Origin: an uncultured Peptostreptococcaceae bacterium
Lineage (GTDB): Bacteria; Bacillota; Clostridia; Peptostreptococcales; BM714
Reading direction: 5' to 3'
Length of the DNA: 64,000 nucleotides
Assembly (NCBI GenBank): GCA_964484935.1
Contig: CAZAFW010000001.1
Coordinates: forward strand, 69,351-133,350
Below, piece after piece: positions 51,085 through 59,794 of the stretch. The notes under the pieces were generated by a model. That model had not been told where the DNA came from. It was given only the letters and a program-made list of their open reading frames with translations, and ran no database searches. The first letter of the stretch is position 1. The number at the start of each line of letters is the position of its first letter. The position numbers were made by a program, and so were the translations under genes.

Positions 51085-51357
51085 ATGGCAAATATTAAAT
51101 CAGCAAAGAAACGCATTACTGTCATTAAACGAAAATCTGTGGAAAACAAAAGCATCAGATCAAGCGTTAAAACAGCAATCAGAAGATTCAATGAGGCTGT
51201 TGAATCAGGTGATGCAACTTTGGCGTCCGAGAAATTCATTTCTGCCGAGAAAACTATTTATCAAGCGGCGAGCAAGAATGTTTTTCATAAAAACAACGCT
51301 TCGAGAAAAGTTTCAAATCTCGAAAGAAAACTCAACAATCTTAAAAACGTTCAATAA
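51085..51357 (+). CDS. rpsT: 30S ribosomal protein S20
   Basis: MANIKSAKKR, HKNNASRKVS. Confidence 0.98.
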   Translation: MANIKSAKKRITVIKRKSVENKSIRSSVKTAIRRFNEAVESGDATLASEKFISAEKTIYQAASKNVFHKNNASRKVSNLERKLNNLKNVQ

Positions 51358-51401
51358 TACGTGAAGAACAATTTTCCCCATTGTAATTCGCTAAGCAAAT
51401 A

Positions 51402-51434
51402 AAAAGCCTCTTCCATCATACGGAAGAGGCTTTT
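51402..51434. terminator. Bidirectional terminator between rpsT and holA
   Basis: AAAAGCCTCTTCC-N7-GGAAGAGGCTTTT. Confidence 0.9.
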
Positions 51435-51444
51435 CTGACGTTTT

Positions 51445-52485
51445 CTATCCTTTATTCCGTTCATATATCGAATTCCCAATTTCACAAATCAAAACTTCAA
51501 GGGCCATTTGCTTTTGGCTTGAAAGGGATTTGCATTTCAATTCGGTCCTCATACACAAATCCATTATTGTTTCTATGGTTCCCATATCAAATTTTTCCCC
51601 TTGCCTTGACGTTTTTTTATAAACAAAATCGCTCCTTATCCCCAACGTCTCCATAGTCTCATCTTTTGAAAAACCGTTCATTGTCATACTCTTGACCTTC
51701 ATTATCTGCCTGAAATGCCGGCTTATCATAAACAGTATTTTTATTTCCGGTTCACCCATTTCACACAATATTTCCAGGCTTTCCAGAGCAAATGCCGTTT
51801 TACCTTCGGAAAGGCTGTCGGTAAGCTTGAATATGTTTGTTTCCCCTCTTGTATTGAGAAATCCATCGAAATCATTCTTTTCTATGGCTGTCCTTCCCTT
51901 GATGCTCCCTACTAATTTCTTGAGCTCGCTTTCTGAATCATATAGGCTTCTTGGTCTTTCCTTGCTGAAATATCCCAATTGCGAAATCAAACGCCTCTTG
52001 TCAACTTTTGAAATGGAAATCCGGTTTTTCTCAAAATAATCCTCAATCCATGCGTCATATGTTTGTGGCGACAACCTCTTAGCTTCTACTAAAAGTTTCT
52101 TTTTTTTAAAATATTTATAGACAAAGCTTCGTTTGTCAACGCGTTCGTTAAGCAAAATCAGCATTGTCGATTCGGGCACTTTTTCAACAAAATCGTCCAT
52201 GTCTTCTTTACATTTGAAACTGTCCGCGGCGATTTTGATAAAATCTTCAACCACTACAATCCTGATTCCGCACATGAAGGGAAGCGTGGCTGCCTTTTCC
52301 TCGATTTCCATTATATTCGATGCCTGTTCAAGCTTATGGAAATTCAGTTCCGCCATGCATCCATTCAAATACTTTTTTGACATGTGCTCAATGAATTTGT
52401 CAGCAATGTATCTTTCCTCTCCTTCTATGAAAAAAACCCTCTGCATGGAAACATCCGGCAACACTATTAATTTATTCAAGTCCAT
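51445..52485 (-). CDS. holA: DNA polymerase III delta subunit
   Basis: FIEGEERY, LPFMCG.RIVVV, ELKKL, NIFKLTD; canonical comEC-holA-rpsT context. Start moved to MDLNK after AGGAG. Confidence 0.9.
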   Translation of the reverse strand: MDLNKLIVLPDVSMQRVFFIEGEERYIADKFIEHMSKKYLNGCMAELNFHKLEQASNIMEIEEKAATLPFMCGIRIVVVEDFIKIAADSFKCKEDMDDFVEKVPESTMLILLNERVDKRSFVYKYFKKKKLLVEAKRLSPQTYDAWIEDYFEKNRISISKVDKRRLISQLGYFSKERPRSLYDSESELKKLVGSIKGRTAIEKNDFDGFLNTRGETNIFKLTDSLSEGKTAFALESLEILCEMGEPEIKILFMISRHFRQIMKVKSMTMNGFSKDETMETLGIRSDFVYKKTSRQGEKFDMGTIETIMDLCMRTELKCKSLSSQKQMALEVLICEIGNSIYERNKG

Positions 52486-54799
52486 ATTCTTCACTCCTGT
52501 TTGAAAAATAACTTTTGATGAAATATTTCTCCAAGCCGTCCGTTTCAATTAAAATGGCACCGTCTTTGTCTGTTCTATATATGTCGACTCCTATATTTTC
52601 ATATCTATTTAGAACGCTGGGTGCCGGATGACCGAAAAAATTCTTCCCAACCTGAATGACTGCCGTTTCCGGCTTGAACGATTCCAGCAAAACTTGAGTG
52701 TTTGAGGTTTTGCTTCCATGATGGCTTGCCTTTATCAAATCGATATCTTCTTTGTTTTCCGAAGCCAAGCGTTTTTCGGTTTCACTTTCTATGTCCCCTG
52801 TCAGCAGAAGCTCAAAATCTCTATAATCCAACAAAAGTACTATTGAATCGTCATTTTCTGCAACGTTAAAATCCGATTCTTCATGTGCTGTGCTTACATT
52901 TAGAACTTTTATTTTTAAACCGTCCATTTCAATGCACTGCCCTGCTTTTGCGCAAACGACAGAATTTCCGTTCTCTCTCATTTTTGCTTCCAGATCATTC
53001 TTTATCTCTTCATTTTCCCATGCTCTTTTTTTCAGTAGAATGGTATCAATCCGGCCCTTTTCCACAAGTTCGATAAAACCTCCGTAATGGTCTTCATGAA
53101 AATGAGTCAACACGGCAAGGTCTATGCTCCCTATGCCATTTTTGAGCAGAATATCATCTATGTTTTTATCTCCGCTTCCGCTGTCTACCAGAATTTTTCT
53201 GTCGTTTTTTGTTTTTATCAGTATGCAGTCTCCCTGACCCACATCAAAAAATATTACTTCAATCCGTTCTTTCCCAATGGCAATCGAAGGAACCGCGGCT
53301 ATCACAAGAACTGCCATGATGACAGCCGCAGCCCTTTTCATCCTGTCCACACCAATAAGAACATCTTTTCTCGATTGTAACACAAACAAAATGCATGTGC
53401 AGTAGTAGATGCCCATTGCCTTTATTCCCATAGACGGCAATTCAATATACGCCCATGAAAGTCCGGCCGCTTCTCCCGAAAACCAGTTAAGGGACGCCAT
53501 TGCCAAGTCGATCGGCAACGCCAGTGCACCCGGCACAAAAGGAATGGAAAAATAAACGGCAATAGCGAAAATATACATGACCGGTTGCCAAATTCCCATC
53601 AATATTATTGCCGGAACATTTGCAATAATCGAAACAATTGATATGTAATTGAAATGCCATATTATGATTGGCGCAATGCCTATTTGCACTGCAGCTGACA
53701 TCATTAGGGCTTTGACAGCCATGTTTTGCGAATCGTTTAATTTTCTGATTGCCGGATATATGAAATGAATCGACGCCACGGCTCCGAATGACAATTGAAA
53801 CCCCGGCGAATAAATCTGATAAGGATTAAATGTCAATACAATCAAAGCAGCCATAAGCAAAGAATTAAGCAAATCATATTTTCGTTTTGCAATCTTTGAA
53901 AGCGCCAGTAGGGAAATAAAAAGAAAAGCCCTTACAGCGGAAACCGGGAAACCGGTTATGGAAATAAATCCTGCCACAACCGAAAGAACCAAAACGTATT
54001 TAACCCAGCGGTTTTTCATATGGAAAAAATCCAACAGCTTGAGCAAGAATCCATACAATATAGCTATGTGGAGGCCCGAAACCGCAAAAAGGTGGGAAAG
54101 CCCCGACATTCCGATATTTTGTTCCTGTTCTTCACTTAAAAGGCTAGTGTCGCCGAAAACCAGCGATGCAAAATACGCCTGGCTTTTATCATTAATGTAT
54201 TTTTCTGACCTGGTCAGTATTTCGTCTTTGATCACAAGAGGGTCGAAACTCCCCCCTGCCGGAACCACTTCAATGACGCTTGATTCATTAAAAAAGCTCA
54301 CTTTGTCGTAGCCCTTGTACATTCCATACATTCTATAATCGAATTCATTCGGATTTTTGGGATTGCTTTCATCGTCCAGACTGCCTTTGTATTTAACATA
54401 TCCATGCCTGTATTCCGAAAGGTCAGCATCTGATAAAATCAAAATTGAAGCGTTTGCATCACGATATCCGTCCTCGCCATTTTGGCCTTCAACTTTTATA
54501 ACCAATTTCCCCGTATTACCGAATTCAGGTCCATAGGCGTATCCGTATATCTCTAATTCTCCATTTCCTAAAACATCTTCATTCATTTCTGCCGATGCAT
54601 AAAAAGACAATACCATTCCAAGAACAACTCCGAAAAGGGCTATTGAAAAACGTTTGAGTGTTTCTTTCGACCGTCCGAATACATACGAAAGACATAGAAT
54701 AAGCAAAGAAAAACCCATGATGAACATTATGGGACTTTCAAGCAGAACCAAAATTCCGATTAAATAAGAAAACATGAACAAAGCCAATGGTCTTCTCAA
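52472..54799 (-). CDS. comEC: Competence DNA uptake channel ComEC/Rec2 with MBL domain
   Basis: GLSHLFAVSGLHI, S..RA, GFQLSF, DVGQGD, THFHEDH.GG, KASHHGS, YRTDKDGAI. Confidence 0.95.
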   Translation of the reverse strand: MRRPLALFMFSYLIGILVLLESPIMFIMGFSLLILCLSYVFGRSKETLKRFSIALFGVVLGMVLSFYASAEMNEDVLGNGELEIYGYAYGPEFGNTGKLVIKVEGQNGEDGYRDANASILILSDADLSEYRHGYVKYKGSLDDESNPKNPNEFDYRMYGMYKGYDKVSFFNESSVIEVVPAGGSFDPLVIKDEILTRSEKYINDKSQAYFASLVFGDTSLLSEEQEQNIGMSGLSHLFAVSGLHIAILYGFLLKLLDFFHMKNRWVKYVLVLSVVAGFISITGFPVSAVRAFLFISLLALSKIAKRKYDLLNSLLMAALIVLTFNPYQIYSPGFQLSFGAVASIHFIYPAIRKLNDSQNMAVKALMMSAAVQIGIAPIIIWHFNYISIVSIIANVPAIILMGIWQPVMYIFAIAVYFSIPFVPGALALPIDLAMASLNWFSGEAAGLSWAYIELPSMGIKAMGIYYCTCILFVLQSRKDVLIGVDRMKRAAAVIMAVLVIAAVPSIAIGKERIEVIFFDVGQGDCILIKTKNDRKILVDSGSGDKNIDDILLKNGIGSIDLAVLTHFHEDHYGGFIELVEKGRIDTILLKKRAWENEEIKNDLEAKMRENGNSVVCAKAGQCIEMDGLKIKVLNVSTAHEESDFNVAENDDSIVLLLDYRDFELLLTGDIESETEKRLASENKEDIDLIKASHHGSKTSNTQVLLESFKPETAVIQVGKNFFGHPAPSVLNRYENIGVDIYRTDKDGAILIETDGLEKYFIKSYFSNRSEEYGLE

Positions 54800-54826
54800 A
54801 ACGCCACCTCTAATCCAAGCATTGCT

Positions 54827-56884
54827 CTATTTCAGCCTTTTTACTTTAAATGCCGATATTGCAGATTTTTCCTTTTCATTCAAACTATAAAGATTGCAAA
54901 CAAAATCATCAACAAGCCTTTCGTCCCTTTCACCACAATCATGCACTCTAGAAAGCCATTTTACCGACTGCCCAGTCAAAGGTGGTATTGGAATCCTCTT
55001 AAGCGGAGTATGGTACAGTTCGAGCTGCCTGCCTTTTCTTTTACCGTTGTTGCACAGCCAAAAGTATACAACACTCGAATTCAAAATACAGCAAAGCGCT
55101 TTCATATGGCTTGATTCCATTTTGCCTTTTATGAAATATATGTCTGCACTTCCGTAACAATCGTTTTCTGTATACACAAAACGATTGTCCAAAGCCCTGT
55201 GTGGAACCATTATTTTGGGCCCTTTGAATATTTCTTCGTCTCTTGGCCATTGCAGCTCATACCAACTCCTTGCCCCGTTTATTACTTCCCTTCTCTTTGA
55301 AAGAATATTCCGGTAGGGATTTAGGTGGTCTAGGACTGCATCAACAGATTTTTTTTCTTCTTTTTCGACTTTCGCGCCTGTAACATACAATATAAGCCTT
55401 TTTGACTGCTTCAGAGAATACCTGCCTATATCCGAATTTTTATAGAAAGGTTTGAGGAGTGCCGAATTTCTTAGACTTTCCGGAACATTTTTGATTGATT
55501 CAAATACGTAGACAGGTTCATTGACGTGCAAATTTTCCTTCGCCGCAGCAATGTTCCTTTTGCTTGTCCTGTCGCATCCCGATACAAGGCCCTGTCTCAC
55601 TTCGCAAAAATCACCCAAGGAACATTCCGAATTTTTTCTTATGCTCATTGATGCATCTTTGAACGCAGCATTCTCATACAATACTATGTTTCCTTCAAAA
55701 TCATATATGGATTCGCCGTCTATTTTCTGCATTTCTGCTTTTTTAACAGCTTCCTTAAAACAGTCCGATTTCCCTTTTGCGATTTTAAGCACTGTTTCAA
55801 TTTTATAGGCGGGCTTCTTTTGAATTGTGAAAAGCATATTGTGCTGGCCCTTTGCGGTACTGAAAATTTCCACATCCTCAAGCGTGCATATTTCTCTAAA
55901 TAAAGTATTCTCATTCAAGAAAGTCCTGAGTTTTTTTGCTCCGTCCGCGGTTGTGAAATAATTTGTTGTTACATATGACGCAATTCCGCCTGGGTTTAAC
56001 ATTTCAACGGCCTTATAGATGAAATAGTAAAAATAATCCATTTTAGCTTCGTAGAAGCGTTGACCGAAATCCGACATTCTTGCATTGTTGAAAATATCCA
56101 TGTTCCCTTTTTCGCCAAGATATGGCGGATTTCCCAAAACCAGATCATAAGAATTGCCAAACCATAAATCAGAAACCGCATCCCCTGTAAATATAACAGG
56201 GTTAATTCTTTCCATATTGAAGGCACCCAAAAAACGCTTCAAAAGCATAATCAAGAACAACTCGAGTCCCTGCTTGTGCAAATCATTGGCAAAAATACCA
56301 TGGTTGACTTGTTTCAACAATATTTCTTTTATCTCCTTTTCTGAAGAAATGCATGTTTTCAAGGCCCTTTCCATAACAAGAATCGTCTTCAGCAAAAAAA
56401 GGCCGGACCCTGCAGAAATATCAATAGTCCTTATTACAATGTCCCGGTTTTCCTTCAATATGCTCCCAAGTGTCTCATAAAACTTTCCATGGTCTGGTCC
56501 ATATACGCCTTTTTCTTCGAATTTTTTTTCAAGCGCATAAAAAATGCCTCTTTCCACCAGGTAAGCCGCAACAGGCTCCGGAGTATACACACTCGCCGTT
56601 GAAATGCGCAGCGATTCCTCCATGTATCCCTGCAAAAACAATCCATGCAAATAATCGTCTCCTTGCTCAATGAAAAGCTCCGGTTCATGGCTTTGAGCTT
56701 CGGTAAAATCTATCTTGCATGCATAATCTTTTCCGAGGTGGCCGAGTATGAACTTGCGGTATTCTTCCTTTCCAAGTCCAAATTCGCGAAGCAAACGGTT
56801 TCTAAGCCATCCTATGTACGCTTCTTCCGAAGCAAAGTCCATATATGCTTTTTTTCTTTTCAACTCCATTTTATCCTTGACCAT
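54827..56884 (-). CDS. N6-adenine DNA methyltransferase, gamma class (Eco57I/TaqI-like, C-terminal target-recognition domain); no cognate endonuclease seen
   Basis: YTPEPVA (motif X), DISAGSGLFL (motif I), GNPPY (motif IV), MDYFYYF, TTNYF..A..AKKLR, WYELQWPR..IF.GPKI, LNSS, L..IPIP. Confidence 0.88.
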   Translation of the reverse strand: MVKDKMELKRKKAYMDFASEEAYIGWLRNRLLREFGLGKEEYRKFILGHLGKDYACKIDFTEAQSHEPELFIEQGDDYLHGLFLQGYMEESLRISTASVYTPEPVAAYLVERGIFYALEKKFEEKGVYGPDHGKFYETLGSILKENRDIVIRTIDISAGSGLFLLKTILVMERALKTCISSEKEIKEILLKQVNHGIFANDLHKQGLELFLIMLLKRFLGAFNMERINPVIFTGDAVSDLWFGNSYDLVLGNPPYLGEKGNMDIFNNARMSDFGQRFYEAKMDYFYYFIYKAVEMLNPGGIASYVTTNYFTTADGAKKLRTFLNENTLFREICTLEDVEIFSTAKGQHNMLFTIQKKPAYKIETVLKIAKGKSDCFKEAVKKAEMQKIDGESIYDFEGNIVLYENAAFKDASMSIRKNSECSLGDFCEVRQGLVSGCDRTSKRNIAAAKENLHVNEPVYVFESIKNVPESLRNSALLKPFYKNSDIGRYSLKQSKRLILYVTGAKVEKEEKKSVDAVLDHLNPYRNILSKRREVINGARSWYELQWPRDEEIFKGPKIMVPHRALDNRFVYTENDCYGSADIYFIKGKMESSHMKALCCILNSSVVYFWLCNNGKRKGRQLELYHTPLKRIPIPPLTGQSVKWLSRVHDCGERDERLVDDFVCNLYSLNEKEKSAISAFKVKRLK

Positions 56885-56904
56885 AATGTCTCCTTGTTCA
56901 AATC

Positions 56905-56933
56905 AAAAAATCTTAGTACCTTGATACTAAGAC
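56905..56933 (-). terminator. Intrinsic terminator overlapping the stop codon of the 128-aa gene
   Basis: Minus strand GTCTTAGTA-TCAAGG-TACTAAGAT followed by TTTTT; ends about 20 nt before the methyltransferase start. Confidence 0.75.
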
Positions 56934-57313
56934 TTTTTTACAATATACATTCCTGGCCCGACCTTGCTTACTCCCTCCATGCTTTCCACGGTACGATTCA
57001 CAAGCAAATCTATATCTTTGATTTTTGTATCGATGCCTTTTTTCTTCAAATACTTCATGATGGTAAGCAATCTGATAGGATAAGTGCAAGGATTCTTAAA
57101 ATACGGATGCTTTCTTATCAATTGCTTTATTTTTTCAGACTCTTTTTCGTAATAGCTTATAGTTTCATAGCTCAATAGATTCTCAACCTCTTCTATATAA
57201 GCCTCAAGTTTGCCTTTATCGTCTTTCTTGATCAATTCTTTTAAATCGCTTAGCAATTTTTCAAACTCGACCGGCTTGGCACTATCACAGTTGTCCGGTA
57301 ACGGAACTTCCAT
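56927..57313 (-). CDS. Hypothetical 128-aa protein, possible coiled coil plus winged-helix (Rok-like) DNA-binding domain
   Basis: Good SD (GAAAGGGG), own promoter and terminator. The C-terminal pattern PIRLLTIMKYLKKKG...VSKVGPGMY resembles a wHTH by eye. Confidence 0.55.
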   Translation of the reverse strand: MEVPLPDNCDSAKPVEFEKLLSDLKELIKKDDKGKLEAYIEEVENLLSYETISYYEKESEKIKQLIRKHPYFKNPCTYPIRLLTIMKYLKKKGIDTKIKDIDLLVNRTVESMEGVSKVGPGMYIVKKS

Positions 57314-57342
57314 TTAATCAAACCCCTTTCACAATCAATACA

Positions 57343-57371
57343 ATACTACACTCAAATATTATTTCTGTCAA
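57343..57371 (-). promoter_or_regulatory. SigA promoter for the 128-aa gene, inside the 3' end of the DUF4177 gene
   Basis: TTGACA-17-TAGTAT. Confidence 0.75.
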
Positions 57372-57546
57372 TCTCAAGAGGCCTTTTAAAAAACATTATG
57401 ATCGTCCTTCCGTTCACGGTCGGCACTGCTTCAACAAGCTCCCATCCTTCGATTCCCAGTCTGTTCATTAAATCTTGGTCCTTTTTTGACATAACAAGAT
57501 TTGTGGCTCCTGCAGTCTTTATATGTTCAACCTTGTATTCCCACAT
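57352..57546 (-). CDS. DUF4177 small protein
   Basis: MWEYK...MNRLG.EGWELV...FFKRP signature. Confidence 0.85.
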   Translation of the reverse strand: MWEYKVEHIKTAGATNLVMSKKDQDLMNRLGIEGWELVEAVPTVNGRTIIMFFKRPLEIDRNNI

Positions 57547-57547
57547 T

Positions 57548-58465
57548 TCAATCCTCCTGTTTCAATAATTTCTCAACATCCTTGACGTATGTTTTTGAAA
57601 AAACCACATCTTCTTCAAAAAAACTTTCTATCTTGCCCCTGGATTTGTCGAGCTCGTCCTTCGAATTGCAGTTAAGAACTATGCGGTCTTTATGAACCTC
57701 CATTTCACACAACAATTCACTTCCTTCAAGCAAGAGATGGTATTCAACTCCCTTGTCCCTGTCATCCAAAATAAATGAATCCGAATTAATCATTTTTTCT
57801 TCAAAAGCCTTCCTGTCCGCAATTAAATAAACAGCCGAATGAACTTCAATTGTCCTTTCATCCTGCTTTGGATCCATATTTTCAACAATTTCGATCATTT
57901 TGTAAAAAATCCAATGGTTCTTTTCAGCATAATTCTTAAATGAGACATATCCCTTTATATTGCAATACGATTCGTATGCCTCCCTTAGTTTGCCCTTGAC
58001 TGTTTCGGCAATTTTTCGATCGACTACTGCCGACAAAATGCCGCTTGCGTAAAAGACACCGTCAATCGAAAATACGCGCCCTATGAAAATATCGCTTTTC
58101 TTGAAGATATTTCCACAAAAAAGCTCTATTTTTTGCCCGCTAATAATATCATTGCATACTGCAGGTTTTTCCAACGGAACATCGATTGCTTCACAAACTT
58201 TTATTTCAGAATGCAACCAGCCTTCAAGCACATCTTTTTCATCTTCAGTAACATCCTTGTTTACGTCAACGTATAATTCCAACAGGCTGTGTTTTCCCAA
58301 CCTTACATTGAATATGCTCCATTTGTCGAATCCAGACAAACTCCCAATATTTCTTGCATACAGTCTTTGGAAATCCGCCATTTCTTCTTTTGCCGCCATG
58401 GCGCCGTAAACATAGACATCGTCAAGCAATTTTTCTTCAATCTCAATTAATTTATGGTATTCCAT
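57548..58465 (-). CDS. Hypothetical 305-aa protein, resembling the body of SEC-C-associated proteins
   Basis: Long ORF with SD GAGGTG. FDKWSIFN...SLLELY...EKDVLEGW...D..SG pattern; no SEC-C Cys motif. Confidence 0.6.
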   Translation of the reverse strand: MEYHKLIEIEEKLLDDVYVYGAMAAKEEMADFQRLYARNIGSLSGFDKWSIFNVRLGKHSLLELYVDVNKDVTEDEKDVLEGWLHSEIKVCEAIDVPLEKPAVCNDIISGQKIELFCGNIFKKSDIFIGRVFSIDGVFYASGILSAVVDRKIAETVKGKLREAYESYCNIKGYVSFKNYAEKNHWIFYKMIEIVENMDPKQDERTIEVHSAVYLIADRKAFEEKMINSDSFILDDRDKGVEYHLLLEGSELLCEMEVHKDRIVLNCNSKDELDKSRGKIESFFEEDVVFSKTYVKDVEKLLKQED

Positions 58466-58517
58466 TATGACACCTCTTTCTGTATTTATGTTATTATTAT
58501 CTTAAGGAGTGATACTT

Positions 58518-59756
58518 ATGGCAACAATAAAAATATATCAAAAAAATCCTTACATAAAGGAATTTCAAGCAAATATAACAAAAATCGATCAAAAACCCGG
58601 CAAAGATGTTTATATCAAACTCAATCAAACTGCTTTCTACCCGGAAGGTGGCGGGCAACCATGCGATTTGGGCTTCATTGGCGAATTTAAAGTAAAAAAG
58701 GTTTTTGAGGAAAACGGTGATATTTTCCATGCAATAGAAGGAATTCCTAAGCAATTCGAAAACATCTTGTGCGTAATAGACTGGAATCGTCGTTTCGACT
58801 TCATGCAACAGCATCTCGGACAACACATACTTTCCGCTTCTTTCAAAAAGCTTTTCGATGCGGAAACCGTAGGTTTCCATCTTACCGAAGACAAACTTAC
58901 AATCGACATAGACAAACAATTGGATGCCGGCGATCTCGACCGTATTGAATATTTTACAAACCAGATAATATACGGAAATCTATATGTGAAAACGCATTAC
59001 CCTTCAAACGAGTCGGAACTGTCATCCTTCCCTTTGAGAAAAAATGTGTCAGTCTGTTCCAACCCCAGGATAATTGAAATAGACCAATTCGACTACTCGC
59101 CATGCGGCGGAACACATCCAAAGCGAACCGGCGAAGTCGGAATAGTAAAAATAAGAAATTGTTCAAAGCACAGGGAAGGGTTGCGTATTGAATTTGTATG
59201 CGGAAACCGCGCTTTAAAGGATTATGCTGAAAAAACTTCAGTGTTGTCAAGCCTTAAGTCTGAGTTTTCCTGCAGTGAAAAGGACTTGCCAAGGCGGTGT
59301 TGCGAAATGAAAAAAGACCTGAAAGAAATCGCCTCCAAGAATAAAAAAATTTCAGATAAGCTGCTTGATTATCAAATCGATGAAATGTACGGCAAAAGCC
59401 GAATACACAACAACCGCCGTCTAATTTCACATGTTTTCGAAACCGACAATTTAAAAGATGCAAGCGTTTTGACATCCAAGATTCTCAAGCGCGATACATC
59501 GGCAATACTCATTCTGGCATGTCCAGGCAAGGACTTTACAACAATCCTGTTAGCCTCTTCACCTTCAGAAAATCCACTCGAACTCAATCTTGTTTTGAAG
59601 GACCTTCTAGATAAATACAATGGAAGGGGAGGCGGCAAATACCACCACGCGCAGGGAATAATAGACGGCTCAATCCCTCCTGAGCAACTGCTTCACATAT
59701 TGCAAGCCAAAATAGCTTTACGGCTCGAAAAATACCAAAACAATAAAAACAAATAA
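58518..59756 (+). CDS. AlaX-type aminoacyl-tRNA trans-editing protein with C-terminal DHHA1 domain
   Basis: TAFYPEGGGQPCD, MQQHLGQHILS (HxxxH), PCGGTH (CxxxH), GRGGG...AQG. Confidence 0.9.
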   Translation: MATIKIYQKNPYIKEFQANITKIDQKPGKDVYIKLNQTAFYPEGGGQPCDLGFIGEFKVKKVFEENGDIFHAIEGIPKQFENILCVIDWNRRFDFMQQHLGQHILSASFKKLFDAETVGFHLTEDKLTIDIDKQLDAGDLDRIEYFTNQIIYGNLYVKTHYPSNESELSSFPLRKNVSVCSNPRIIEIDQFDYSPCGGTHPKRTGEVGIVKIRNCSKHREGLRIEFVCGNRALKDYAEKTSVLSSLKSEFSCSEKDLPRRCCEMKKDLKEIASKNKKISDKLLDYQIDEMYGKSRIHNNRRLISHVFETDNLKDASVLTSKILKRDTSAILILACPGKDFTTILLASSPSENPLELNLVLKDLLDKYNGRGGGKYHHAQGIIDGSIPPEQLLHILQAKIALRLEKYQNNKNK

Positions 59757-59766
59757 AACAGCCCAT

Positions 59767-59794
59767 GCAACCGGACTAAAGTCCGGTTGCTTTT
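59767..59794. terminator. Bidirectional terminator
   Basis: GCAACCGGAC-TAAA-GTCCGGTTGC followed by TTTT, between convergent genes. Confidence 0.85.

Noticed and set aside
54827-58465. Prophage, IS, or complete restriction-modification island
   Set aside because: No integrase, transposase, att-like repeats or PD-(D/E)xK/HNH nuclease motif recognised, and no evident compositional break.
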